This document shows positions 18,689-27,193 of a stretch of DNA of 44,464 nucleotides, one piece after another. How positions within the stretch are numbered: the first letter of the stretch is position 1; the number at the start of each line of letters is the position of its first letter. Both the position numbers and the translations under genes were made by a program. Under the pieces are notes generated by a model. It saw nothing but the letters and a program-made list of their open reading frames with translations. It was not told where the DNA came from and did no database searches. The DNA comes from a virus: the UHGV virus genome UHGV-0192852; one strand, 5' to 3'.

Positions 18689-19262
18689 AGTTTGAGTTTT
18701 CCCAGTCCATTTTGCGCCGCACTAGCGGACTTTCGTAGTATTCCTTGCCTTCTACTTCCACCAGGGGCCAGTCGTTCACGATGACGTATGGCTCTGCGAT
18801 ATCCTCAATCACGCCGTGCGCGCTATGTTGCCCGAACGACACACCCACCAGAATAACACCGGCAACACGACGGGTGAGATACTCCCGAGCGCAACGCGCC
18901 TCTACCAGTCCGCGACGGATGCCGCTGGTGGCTTTCACCTCGTATGTCCAAACAGCATCGATCATGTGCTCGCGGTAGTCTGGGCCGGACTTAACCTTGC
19001 GCTTACCGACCATGATAATATCGCCGCGGTCGATGGTATTGGCGCTGAACAGGCCGGTACGCATCAGTAAGCCTTGCGGTATGCAACTGCGCCCACCTGC
19101 CTGCCCCTCAAGGTACATGCCCGCAAACATCTCGCCCAGCACACCGACGAGACGGCTTTGTTTACACGCGTCAGACTTTAAACGCCACTGGTCAAACTCG
19201 ATGCTTGCTAACATTGCCGCCAGGTGGAATTGTTTACCGGTTATTTCAAATTCGCCGAACAT
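18687..19262 (-). CDS. hypothetical protein
   Basis: 191-aa ORF, last gene of minus-strand block; possible D-x5-EVK motif but no confident family assignment. Confidence 0.5.
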   Translation of the reverse strand: MFGEFEITGKQFHLAAMLASIEFDQWRLKSDACKQSRLVGVLGEMFAGMYLEGQAGGRSCIPQGLLMRTGLFSANTIDRGDIIMVGKRKVKSGPDYREHMIDAVWTYEVKATSGIRRGLVEARCAREYLTRRVAGVILVGVSFGQHSAHGVIEDIAEPYVIVNDWPLVEVEGKEYYESPLVRRKMDWENSN

Positions 19263-19304
19263 TGTGAATCCCTCATTGCTGCGGGCCGAAGCCCGCGATT
19301 AGAA

Positions 19305-19898
19305 TTATTTAAGTGCGCTAGTCACCAGTGTTTTTTCCATGTTGCGGAAGTCTTCCGGCGTCATGAGAATTTGGGACCCGTCTTCGCCAGTGTGCACGAC
19401 CATAGGCTGGACGTCCAGGGCTACAGCACCGAAATTAGCGGCTTTAACAGTCTTTCCGAACGAGGCAACCGTATCCTCGGCAACGCGCATTGCACTGTTA
19501 TATGCATTGATCCCGCCATCCAGGCGCACGGACAGGTCCGAAGGCTTGAACGCGCCGCCGGTCTTGATAGGCCAACCCTTGAGGCTGTCGAATTGCGCTG
19601 CCGTTGTATCGATCTGAATCTCGTCATGCACGGTCATGTAAGACTCGCCCAGCAGTGCGGCATACGCAACCAGGTCCACGATGTTATCTTCCTTATGCTT
19701 GCGGTGCTGGCGCACCAGCTTCAGGCAGATCAGGAAGGTCCATGCTTCTTGCTCGGTCAGATCGCGACCGGTAAGCGCGTTAAACACGGCAGCTACTTGA
19801 CCTGCGACGCGTTCCTCTTTTGCGCCGTCATAGCCGTTTTCTTTCCCGCGCTGTTCCATAGTGGTGGCGGCGTTCTGGCAATATTCGTATGCTTTCAT
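19305..19898 (-). CDS. hypothetical protein
   Basis: ATG at 19898 (MKAYEY...) with AAAGGAAAAC upstream; track ORF extends to 19988 but overlaps the upstream gene. Confidence 0.5.
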   Translation of the reverse strand: MKAYEYCQNAATTMEQRGKENGYDGAKEERVAGQVAAVFNALTGRDLTEQEAWTFLICLKLVRQHRKHKEDNIVDLVAYAALLGESYMTVHDEIQIDTTAAQFDSLKGWPIKTGGAFKPSDLSVRLDGGINAYNSAMRVAEDTVASFGKTVKAANFGAVALDVQPMVVHTGEDGSQILMTPEDFRNMEKTLVTSALK

Positions 19899-19952
19899 GA
19901 TGTTTTCCTTTTTAGTGGGAGGCAATACCGCCTCCCGACGAGTTAAATATAG

Positions 19953-19974
19953 TGCAACCAACCTATTGGTTGCA
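19953..19974. promoter_or_regulatory. perfect 22-bp palindromic operator-like site
   Basis: TGCAACCAA-CCTA-TTGGTTGCA; on minus strand followed by CTATATT (-10-like) upstream of gene 19305..19898. Confidence 0.6.
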
Positions 19975-20433
19975 AGTGAATTTTGCAACGTTTATCGCGT
20001 AAATTTTCGGGACCAAATCTCCGCACGCCCGACGAATTGCCGCGATGTTCTTCTCGCAATCTTCAATGATGACCAGTTCCGACACGTCCGCATAGCAGAC
20101 CATTTTGAACACGGCGCACGCCTTAAACTCTGGCGGCGGGGTATCGTCCAGCATGTGGCGCATAAACAACCGGCCTGTCGGGAATACTTCCAGTTGTTCG
20201 GCGGTGGTGTCCCAACATTCTCGCTGCCGGTTGGTCAGATACGCGATCTCGAAGCCTTGCTCTTTATACATGCGCAACAACGGCAGCATATCCATGTTCA
20301 GTTCTTCGCGGACGTGCGCTTTGTGCCACTTCGCCCAAAAGGTGGATTTAGTTTTTATCCCAGGCACCAGGTCGGCACGGGCATCGCTTGAACCGTTAAT
20401 AACGCCATCCAAATCGCAAATCAGTAATTTCAT
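19963..20433 (-). CDS. HAD-superfamily phosphatase (putative nucleotidase / polynucleotide 3'-phosphatase-like)
   Basis: N-terminal LICDLDGVI matches HAD motif I (DxDG). Confidence 0.55.
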   Translation of the reverse strand: MKLLICDLDGVINGSSDARADLVPGIKTKSTFWAKWHKAHVREELNMDMLPLLRMYKEQGFEIAYLTNRQRECWDTTAEQLEVFPTGRLFMRHMLDDTPPPEFKACAVFKMVCYADVSELVIIEDCEKNIAAIRRACGDLVPKIYAINVAKFTCNQ

Positions 20434-20654
20434 TTCAATTCCTCAATCAAATTTGCACGAACAGTACGGGCGGAAAACGTGTCACACACAAGATGACAGC
20501 GGGCAGTCATTACAAGCCAGCCAGTAAGGTCCATGCCCAGGATGTGTTCAGGCCGTGACACGCGACGCACTTTGTTCTCCCTCGGGTTGATTTGGTAGCG
20601 TTTAACAATTTCGTCCACGACGCGCATACTGCGATCAACGATTAAGATATTCAC
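20430..20654 (-). CDS. hypothetical protein
   Basis: 74-aa ORF, GTG start with AAGGAGAA RBS; overlaps 3' end of Dam gene. Confidence 0.45.
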   Translation of the reverse strand: MNILIVDRSMRVVDEIVKRYQINPRENKVRRVSRPEHILGMDLTGWLVMTARCHLVCDTFSARTVRANLIEELK

Positions 20655-21120
20655 GTAGTTCTCCTTCGCTCATTATTTCAATTTGTGCGCTGCCGGTGGG
20701 TGGCGCCTCGTCAAAGATTATCAATTGCTGGCACTTGTTATTGCTCGGCCCGACTTCACCGGTCACAGCATGGATGAATCGTATCCGCCAGTCCAGAAGA
20801 ATTATCAGGTTTGCAGTCTTCCGGGCCAGCTTCGCCCACTTAGTCGACGTGTCCTGATTCAGTAGCATGACAGTCTGGCGACCGTGCGCTGCGCATTCCA
20901 CCCACGGCAGCGGATCGGAGTATGGCGGATTGCACCACTTCCACCCCTTCAACTCTGACCAGTCCACATCAAGCGCGCTGCGATCTGCCGTGAAGTAACG
21001 CGGTAGCAGATGATTGGCATCGCTCGCCGCCATGTCATAACGGAATCGGTACTTCCGGCGCAGCGGTTTAAATAAAGCTGGTGGCGTGCGCCAGCTATCC
21101 TTTTGTTCATTCTCAGTCAT
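20635..21120 (-). CDS. dam: DNA N6-adenine methyltransferase (phage Dam family)
   Basis: WRTPP...F...DMAASDANH...WCNPPY motifs typical of phage Dam MTases; ATG 21120 overlaps upstream stop (ATGA). Confidence 0.75.
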   Translation of the reverse strand: MTENEQKDSWRTPPALFKPLRRKYRFRYDMAASDANHLLPRYFTADRSALDVDWSELKGWKWCNPPYSDPLPWVECAAHGRQTVMLLNQDTSTKWAKLARKTANLIILLDWRIRFIHAVTGEVGPSNNKCQQLIIFDEAPPTGSAQIEIMSEGELREYLNR

Positions 21121-21413
21121 ACGGACAACACGGGCGGAAATCGCACGTACTCCTCGGCGCGCTTGCAATGTTCACGTAGGCCTTCTGCTGTGATGCGGTT
21201 TAACGCAACGCTGGTTGTGTATCCTGTGCGCTGCATAATCCCCATCAATTCGAAAAGTAGTTCGAAGCGCTCCTCTAACTCCTTGCGTACCTTCTTCTCG
21301 CCTTCGTAGCTCGCAAGGTGGGCGTCTGCCAGCGCGTTAGCGCGTTCGGCCTGTTCGCGGGCTTCGAGGCATTGCGCGGCCCAGTAATTTTTCTCTTCTT
21401 GTAAGATTTTCAT
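21117..21413 (-). CDS. hypothetical protein
   Basis: 98-aa ORF with GGAGACAA RBS downstream of promoter 21461..21489. Confidence 0.5.
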   Translation of the reverse strand: MKILQEEKNYWAAQCLEAREQAERANALADAHLASYEGEKKVRKELEERFELLFELMGIMQRTGYTTSVALNRITAEGLREHCKRAEEYVRFPPVLSV

Positions 21414-21430
21414 CGTGTTGTCTCCAGGTA

Positions 21431-21458
21431 TTAAAAAGGGCGTCCAAACCGGACACCC
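21431..21458 (-). terminator. putative terminator overlapping promoter (minus strand)
   Basis: minus-strand GGGTGTCC-GGTTT-GGACGCCC hairpin followed by TTTTTAAT. Confidence 0.45.
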
Positions 21459-21460
21459 TC

Positions 21461-21494
21461 AATATAATGCAACCAATATGGTTATGCAACCAAT
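21461..21494 (-). promoter_or_regulatory. sigma70-like promoter with two TTGGTTGCAT motifs
   Basis: minus strand TTGGTTGCAT-AACCATA-TTGGTTGCAT-TATATTG, i.e. TTGCAT-N17-TATATT; 17-mer CAATATAATGCAACCAA shared with 140..156. Confidence 0.55.
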
Positions 21495-21812
21495 TTACGA
21501 ATAAAAATTTGGGTCGCGCGCAACGTCTACCAGATACAGGTTACTAATGCGGTTGCCGTAATGACCTGGTGTGCGTTGACGGCACACTACGGCATAGCCT
21601 GGAGGGATTGTATTGCCAGTCTCAATAATCCACGCCACGCGTGCGCCGGATAGCGTCTTGCCGTTGTATTCGATACGAGTACCGCCATCGGCAGTGTTAA
21701 GGTTGCCGATCTTGCAGCCTGTGGACTTCAGGCGAATGACGCCGGTCTTGCTGTCGTAGGAAAAAAGCTGATTGGTCATTGCCACTGAAAAGTCGATGGC
21801 TTCGAATGTCAT
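21495..21812 (-). CDS. HNH-family-like protein (NUMOD4/HNH_3-like, apparently degenerate)
   Basis: YDSKTGVIRLK...GARVAWIIETG...NRISNLYLV resembles HNH_3 homing endonucleases, but the expected catalytic His (HIDG) is replaced by RTPGHYG; ATGA overlap with upstream gene. Confidence 0.4.
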   Translation of the reverse strand: MTFEAIDFSVAMTNQLFSYDSKTGVIRLKSTGCKIGNLNTADGGTRIEYNGKTLSGARVAWIIETGNTIPPGYAVVCRQRTPGHYGNRISNLYLVDVARDPNFYS

Positions 21813-22504
21813 TTTAAATTTTCCTCATTTACCGCTATTGCAAAGCCGCGCGGAGTGAGCGACCGGATTAATTTGGTGCGGGCAGATTTGCCTCCGAGGC
21901 GACTATACTGCTTCGAGTACCCATTTTCAACGAAAACAGGTTTCTTCTCTGGCATACGGAAGCCGTTGCCGGTCCATAAGCAGGTCAGCTTCGGATATGA
22001 ATCGCGGGCGTTGATGTATTCCGGGAATAACGGGTGCACGTCATCCTCCGGCAGATATCCACCATACTCCCACGGGTCAAACGAGTGGTCCGGCTTGCGC
22101 CATTGGGTCGATAGCACGCTGCGCGGATTCTCAATCATATATGGCACTTCGAAGAAGTCACCCAGAAAAGCGGCAATCTTCGCGGTGCGCACCGCCTTAA
22201 GCTGAAAGGCCGGGTCTTTGGCCCGCTTGCGCGGGAAAGCTGGCGCACCGCTAACTGCCAGATCCGTACACGGCGGGAACGCATATATGATATCCGGCGT
22301 ACCGAAATCGCCATTCATCGCGCGGTCTACAAAGTCCAGATCAATAAACGCATTGCGATATCGGATCCCGCGACCATAAATCCGGTAGTCCTGGTAAGAC
22401 CCATGATCGGCTTCGGAGTAGTTGAAACAGTAGCATTTGTGCCCCATTTCGGCAGCACGCTCTACCATCAAGCCGCTGCCGTCGAACAATGACCAAAGTA
22501 TCAT
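21809..22504 (-). CDS. putative SAM-dependent DNA methyltransferase with C5-cytosine-MTase-like motifs (short form)
   Basis: motif I-like LFDGSG, motif IV-like FPPCTD (Pro-Cys), motif VI-like IENP; only 231 aa; ATGA overlap with helicase stop. Confidence 0.45.
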   Translation of the reverse strand: MILWSLFDGSGLMVERAAEMGHKCYCFNYSEADHGSYQDYRIYGRGIRYRNAFIDLDFVDRAMNGDFGTPDIIYAFPPCTDLAVSGAPAFPRKRAKDPAFQLKAVRTAKIAAFLGDFFEVPYMIENPRSVLSTQWRKPDHSFDPWEYGGYLPEDDVHPLFPEYINARDSYPKLTCLWTGNGFRMPEKKPVFVENGYSKQYSRLGGKSARTKLIRSLTPRGFAIAVNEENLK

Positions 22505-23925
22505 TTGCGCCCCTTCTTAGCTTTCATGTATTCCATCAAGTCGTCCTGAATATTGCGCTTACTGTCGCGACGTTTGGCGACAAGTTCGTCCAGTGTCCCG
22601 CGCGCCTGGATAATGTAGACGAACACCGGACGAGGGTGCCCGGCTTGCATCTGTCGAACTGGCCCGATACGCTCCACAATCTGCGCAAAGTGCTCATAGT
22701 TCCACGTATCCGAGAAGATTGCCAGATGATGACCTCCGTCCTGCAGGTTAAGGCCGTGACCGGCAGATGCCGGGTGTGCGAACATGATGGGAATCTCACC
22801 CCTGTTCCACGCCTCCATATCCTTGATACCCTGCTTACCTTTGCCCAGCGCTACGCCGTGCGGGAATTTCTTCTTGAGACGTGCCAGGTCATGCTTGTAC
22901 TGGTACGCAACGAGCAACGGGGCGCCGTTCAACTCCTCTACGATACTCTCCAGCGCGTCCAGCTTGGCGTCGTGAATCTTCTCCCACTCGTCGGTCCGTT
23001 CGCCGTCTTCGTCCACCTTATACACGGCACCGGATGCGAGCTGGAGGCACTTGACGGTCTTCGCCGCAGCGTTTGCCGCTTCTACCGTTCCGCTTTCCAG
23101 TTCGGCGAATAGTTCAGCCTCAAACTGGTCGTAAATCTTGCGGGCTTTCTTCGGCAGGTCCACAACAACCGGCGTATAGATTGGCTTGTCGCATCCGAAG
23201 TATTCAGCCGCGTCAACGGTAAGGGAAACGTCGGACAGACGTTGTTGTATTTCTTTCTCGGAGTTCTTTAGCGGAGCGTGCTGCATAGTGAAGCTGCCAG
23301 GCTTAACAGGCTTGCTAATGAACCAGCGGTCGGTAAATGCCTTATAGCTACTGCCTAGGCGTTCGCCACCGTCGACAAACCACGTCTGACCCCATAAGTC
23401 TTTCAGCCCGTTTGGCGCTGGTGTGCCGGTAAGGTTAATCCAGCGCTTGACGTGCTTATGAGCAATCGCTGCCAGTGCTCGGGCGCGCTTACTTCCCTGC
23501 TTGCTACGATAGCCTTTCAGCTTAGTCGATTCATCGGCAACAACGACCGTAAAGGGCCACGCATCGCCGTAATAGTCTACCAGCCACTCAACCACATCGT
23601 AGTTAACACAAACCACGTTAGCGTCGCTCTCAAGCGCTGCGATACGGTCCTTCTCCGGCCCAGTGCCGTCTACGACCAGCAGGGATGAGAACCGCCATTT
23701 CTCCTGCTCCGGGGGCCATGTACCCGACGCAACACGCAGCGGGGCCAGCACCAGTACGCGGTCCTCATGATGGGACAGGACGCCAGTCTGGAACATTTTA
23801 TTCAGCGCCCACATTGTCGCGCCGGTTTTACCGGATCCCATTGTCGCCCAGATATTACATCGCTTATGCTTGAGGATGAACGCGGTTATCAACTTCTGAT
23901 ATTCGCGGCGTCGGAATCGTGCCAT
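22501..23925 (-). CDS. SF2 ATP-dependent helicase (SNF2/DEAD-like)
   Basis: Walker A MGSGKTGAT, DEAD-like VVADESTKL, conserved C-terminal helicase motifs; ATG 23925 (MARFRRRE) chosen to avoid overlap with upstream ORF. Confidence 0.8.
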   Translation of the reverse strand: MARFRRREYQKLITAFILKHKRCNIWATMGSGKTGATMWALNKMFQTGVLSHHEDRVLVLAPLRVASGTWPPEQEKWRFSSLLVVDGTGPEKDRIAALESDANVVCVNYDVVEWLVDYYGDAWPFTVVVADESTKLKGYRSKQGSKRARALAAIAHKHVKRWINLTGTPAPNGLKDLWGQTWFVDGGERLGSSYKAFTDRWFISKPVKPGSFTMQHAPLKNSEKEIQQRLSDVSLTVDAAEYFGCDKPIYTPVVVDLPKKARKIYDQFEAELFAELESGTVEAANAAAKTVKCLQLASGAVYKVDEDGERTDEWEKIHDAKLDALESIVEELNGAPLLVAYQYKHDLARLKKKFPHGVALGKGKQGIKDMEAWNRGEIPIMFAHPASAGHGLNLQDGGHHLAIFSDTWNYEHFAQIVERIGPVRQMQAGHPRPVFVYIIQARGTLDELVAKRRDSKRNIQDDLMEYMKAKKGRK

Positions 23926-23929
23926 GTCG

Positions 23930-24154
23930 TTATTCCGCCTTTTTCCAGACTTCGGTTTCACTGTTCCAGTTCCTTTTTGTGGCGTCGTAGTTGGTGGCGT
24001 GTCCGATGTGCACACCGGTAGCCCGGAAGCTCTTAAATTTTTGCCAGCACACCGTCAACGGCAGCGGATCATTCATGCCCGCAATAAACCATACGCGATC
24101 GCCCGGTTTACATTCGCCCAGCTTGGTGAGTCGGTAATGTTCTTTCATCGTCAT
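23930..24154 (-). CDS. hypothetical protein
   Basis: 74-aa ORF between terminator 24163..24185 and helicase. Confidence 0.45.
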   Translation of the reverse strand: MTMKEHYRLTKLGECKPGDRVWFIAGMNDPLPLTVCWQKFKSFRATGVHIGHATNYDATKRNWNSETEVWKKAE

Positions 24155-24162
24155 GTCTCTCT

Positions 24163-24185
24163 AAAAATGGCGGGACAAGCCCGCC
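24163..24185 (-). terminator. putative intrinsic terminator (minus strand)
   Basis: minus strand GGCGGGC-TTGT-CCCGCC hairpin followed by ATTTTT. Confidence 0.45.
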
Positions 24186-24192
24186 GTATTGA

Positions 24193-24366
24193 TTATTCTT
24201 GTTCTGCACGATAGCGGCGCTGCCGTTCGCGCTCTTTCTTATTGCGGCAAGACTTGCACTCGGCACGATGACCGTCTGGACTTCGCGCAGTCTTACCGGT
24301 GTATTTGTGGAACTGGGACAGCGGCTTGATGCAGCCGCAATTACTACAACGTTTTTCTTCAACCAT
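24193..24366 (-). CDS. small zinc-ribbon protein (57 aa)
   Basis: AGGAGG RBS 8 nt upstream of ATG; CSNCGC...ECKSCRNK Cys pairs; below track size cutoff. Confidence 0.5.
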   Translation of the reverse strand: MVEEKRCSNCGCIKPLSQFHKYTGKTARSPDGHRAECKSCRNKKERERQRRYRAEQE

Positions 24367-24398
24367 TTCTAAGTCCTCCTAACCGGCACACTATACCG

Positions 24399-24677
24399 CT
24401 ATGCGACCAATTCGGCAACCAATAAATCACAGTCGGCTATGTTGTCAATGACGCGAACATCAGCACCGCGGCGTACCATTCGATCATGTTCACGTACCTG
24501 GTGCGGCCTCGGTTTGCCGCCAGGGCGCTTCACTTCTACGAATACCACTTTGCCGTTTATGATTATAATCAGGTCGGGCGCGCCTGAGCGCCCCTCCCAT
24601 ATCACCTTACGGCAGAATCCGCCAACCGCTTTCACCAGCTTCATCAGGTGACTTTGTACCTTGCCTTCTGGTGTCAT
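24399..24677 (-). CDS. VRR-NUC domain nuclease
   Basis: GAPDLIIIINGKVVFVEVKRPGGKPRPHQ matches PD-(D/E)xK VRR-NUC core (D...E.K...Q). Confidence 0.7.
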   Translation of the reverse strand: MTPEGKVQSHLMKLVKAVGGFCRKVIWEGRSGAPDLIIIINGKVVFVEVKRPGGKPRPHQVREHDRMVRRGADVRVIDNIADCDLLVAELVA

Positions 24678-26968
24678 TATTTTCTATACCTGTACATGAT
24701 GTCGCCTTCTGCGGCAAGTGGGAAGCCTTTCGCCCAAATAGGCAGGTCGCACATCAGTGCGCAAAGCTCCTCGGTCGTGTAGTCGTCGGTGTCCGGCACT
24801 TCTGTGATCAATTCGTCGTGTACTGACAGGACTATTTCATAGCCCGCAGCTTCAACGCCAGGCATGGACCACGCGAGGATATCGCGACACAGCGCCTGTA
24901 CGATGTTTTCCGTCAGTTTGCCGCCGTAGGTATACTGGAAGCCCCACTGGCGCGTCGTCTGATTCTCGCCCTGGTATTTGATGCGGGTGCTGGTGCGCTT
25001 CTTGCCGGTGTCTTCGTCGATCTCGGTAGTGACAGACAGCGCGATGCCGGGGTAGCTCATGATGCGCCCCGACGGCAACTCAATTTTCAACCACCAACCG
25101 GCGGCGTTCGGGTCGTCGCGCTCCTCGTCGAAGGTTGGGTCGTGCTTCGCCTTCGTGCGCACAATCTTAAGCGCTTTCCTACCGTCCGGGCGAACGTTCG
25201 CGCCAGCCCAGTATGCTTTGCCCGGATTGCGGATTGCACACAACACCGCGTCCTCAAGCTCGGCCCAAAAGGCTACCGTCTTCGGGTGGGCCTCACGCCA
25301 CATACGTTTGATCGCGTCGCAGGTCAGCCAAACGTTTTTAGGCAGTATGTATGTTGGGCGCTCGTCTTTCTTGCCAGGCTTCGGAGGGCGTTTTGCTTCG
25401 TTAATGCGGGCGTACTCATATCCTCGTTTCGCCGCCGCCCAAATGTGATCCGGGAACGTGCCTTTCATCACGTCAGCCATAGTGTAAAGGTCGAGGCCCA
25501 GGTTTTTAGCGAACTGCAAGAACGCCGCGACGCCGCCACCATAGCCCAGTCCCAATTCACACGCCTTACCGATCTGGCGCAAGTCTTTGCGGTTGGCTTT
25601 AATGTAGTCCGGGTCCAGGCCGAACATCTTACCGGCAGTCTCACAATAGATATCGCGACCGGCCCTAAACACCATTAGCGCGGTTTTCTCGCCCGCGATC
25701 CAGGCAAGTCCACGCCCTTCCACGTTGGAGTAGTCCGCTACGACAAACTTCTTGCCCTTAGCCGGGATAATGCACCCGCGAACGGTCGAGGCTGTTAGCT
25801 TCGATATGTCATACGCCCAGTGCGCTGTCCCGCGTAACAGGGAGTTGATGCCGTTGGTGAGCATGTGCGACCGGACCCAAAAAGCGACGTCGCTCTCGCC
25901 TTCGCGGCGCTTAATCTTCCCTTCGTGATCGTCGCTATACTCGCCGCGTGCCAGGTTTTGGGGCTGGAAGCCTTTACCCGCCCAGCGTAGCGTGCGCTTT
26001 GCCCCTCCATACTGAAGACAACCACGGCGGCGACCATCGGCAGACAGGCCATTGACGAGCGGATTGTATTTAGTCGATGCCGTTGATGACGCCCCGAGGC
26101 GCATCTCAATCAGCGCTTTGCCCTCGTCCGGGAAGTCCGGGTCTTCAAGCAGGTCGTTAAGTGTGGATTTCTGCGCGTTGTGAATCGTGAACGCCGGGGC
26201 AATATCACGCAGAATCGGCAGGAAGTCGTTGCCGGTTAGCTTACCGCCGAACCGTTCCCATGCCTCTTCCTTCAATTCGTCCTTATGCGCCTGCACCGCC
26301 TTGATCGCGGCGTTCGCCAGGTCAACGTCTACGTTGAATCCGCGGTCATTAATCAACTGGTCGATGAGCAGGATTTCATCTTCCTTCGGCGTGTTGCCCC
26401 AGTCCGGTATGCGCCAGTAGACTTCACGCATGGCAACAATATCCAGCGCGGCATAGCGCAGGAATTTTGCCCATTCTTCAGGGTGCGTCTCGCGCGTGTA
26501 GCGGCGGATTTTGTAGGTCTTAGGGGTGGGCTTACAGAATCGTTTAATCAGCGCCTTGCCTGCCTTATCCTTCGCGTGCTCTGCGTCAACGCCCAGCACC
26601 TGGCACTGCATATCGAGGCTACCGGGCAGCGCGTGGCGAAAGGCCATAATCATGGTGTCTTCGATCTGGCTTACCGGCAGGTCAATGCCCCACTTCTCGC
26701 GAATGACCAAGCGGTCAAACAGAAGGCCGTTAGCCATCACGATTTTTGCTTTCTTGCGGGATACCTGGCGGAGCGCCTTGCGCAGTTCACGCGGCATTGT
26801 GGGGGATTCAGTGCAATCCCATGTCTGCACGCGGCCCTCGTCGATGGCGTAGGTGCAAATCATAATCTCGGTTGATGGGTGTTCTGCGTAGGCGTAAGCG
26901 CCGACTTTCTTCAGGTCCACATCGCTGAACGTCTCGGTGTCGAGAAACAGGCGTTCGAAGTCTTTCAT
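24677..26968 (-). CDS. family A DNA polymerase with 3'-5' exonuclease domain
   Basis: N-terminal LDTETFS Exo I motif; R-x-GK...GLGYGGG (motif B-like) and VHDELITEV (motif C); 763 aa. Confidence 0.85.
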   Translation of the reverse strand: MKDFERLFLDTETFSDVDLKKVGAYAYAEHPSTEIMICTYAIDEGRVQTWDCTESPTMPRELRKALRQVSRKKAKIVMANGLLFDRLVIREKWGIDLPVSQIEDTMIMAFRHALPGSLDMQCQVLGVDAEHAKDKAGKALIKRFCKPTPKTYKIRRYTRETHPEEWAKFLRYAALDIVAMREVYWRIPDWGNTPKEDEILLIDQLINDRGFNVDVDLANAAIKAVQAHKDELKEEAWERFGGKLTGNDFLPILRDIAPAFTIHNAQKSTLNDLLEDPDFPDEGKALIEMRLGASSTASTKYNPLVNGLSADGRRRGCLQYGGAKRTLRWAGKGFQPQNLARGEYSDDHEGKIKRREGESDVAFWVRSHMLTNGINSLLRGTAHWAYDISKLTASTVRGCIIPAKGKKFVVADYSNVEGRGLAWIAGEKTALMVFRAGRDIYCETAGKMFGLDPDYIKANRKDLRQIGKACELGLGYGGGVAAFLQFAKNLGLDLYTMADVMKGTFPDHIWAAAKRGYEYARINEAKRPPKPGKKDERPTYILPKNVWLTCDAIKRMWREAHPKTVAFWAELEDAVLCAIRNPGKAYWAGANVRPDGRKALKIVRTKAKHDPTFDEERDDPNAAGWWLKIELPSGRIMSYPGIALSVTTEIDEDTGKKRTSTRIKYQGENQTTRQWGFQYTYGGKLTENIVQALCRDILAWSMPGVEAAGYEIVLSVHDELITEVPDTDDYTTEELCALMCDLPIWAKGFPLAAEGDIMYRYRK

Positions 26969-27135
26969 TGCTTTATCCTCACTACGGCGTCAGCGCTGCC
27001 GATCATGGAGAAGATGCCGTCGGACAGGGTGATTTCTTCGCCGTTGTTGCGAACCTCGGCAACTGTGAAATATTCCCCCAGTAGCTTAGACCATACTTTC
27101 ATTCCGACTTTTACTTCGCTGGCTTTAATCCGCAT
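26965..27135 (-). CDS. small hypothetical protein (56 aa) translationally coupled to DNA polymerase
   Basis: MRIKASEVKVGMKVW...; stop TGA overlaps polymerase ATG (ATGA); below track cutoff. Confidence 0.4.
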   Translation of the reverse strand: MRIKASEVKVGMKVWSKLLGEYFTVAEVRNNGEEITLSDGIFSMIGSADAVVRIKQ

Positions 27136-27152
27136 TTTTCATTGTCCTATTA

Positions 27153-27176
27153 AAAAGCCCGCATTAAGCGGGCTTG
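27153..27176 (-). terminator. rho-independent terminator after SSB gene (minus strand)
   Basis: minus strand GCCCGC-TTAAT-GCGGGC hairpin followed by TTTTT. Confidence 0.65.
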
Positions 27177-27193
27177 AATAGTGGGCTTTGCCC

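Noticed and set aside
19282-19299. GCGGGC-CGAA-GCCCGC hairpin between genes 19305..19898 and 18687..19262 as a terminator
   Set aside because: There is no U-run on the transcribed (minus) strand after the hairpin and an RBS follows directly; more likely an intercistronic stability element than a terminator.
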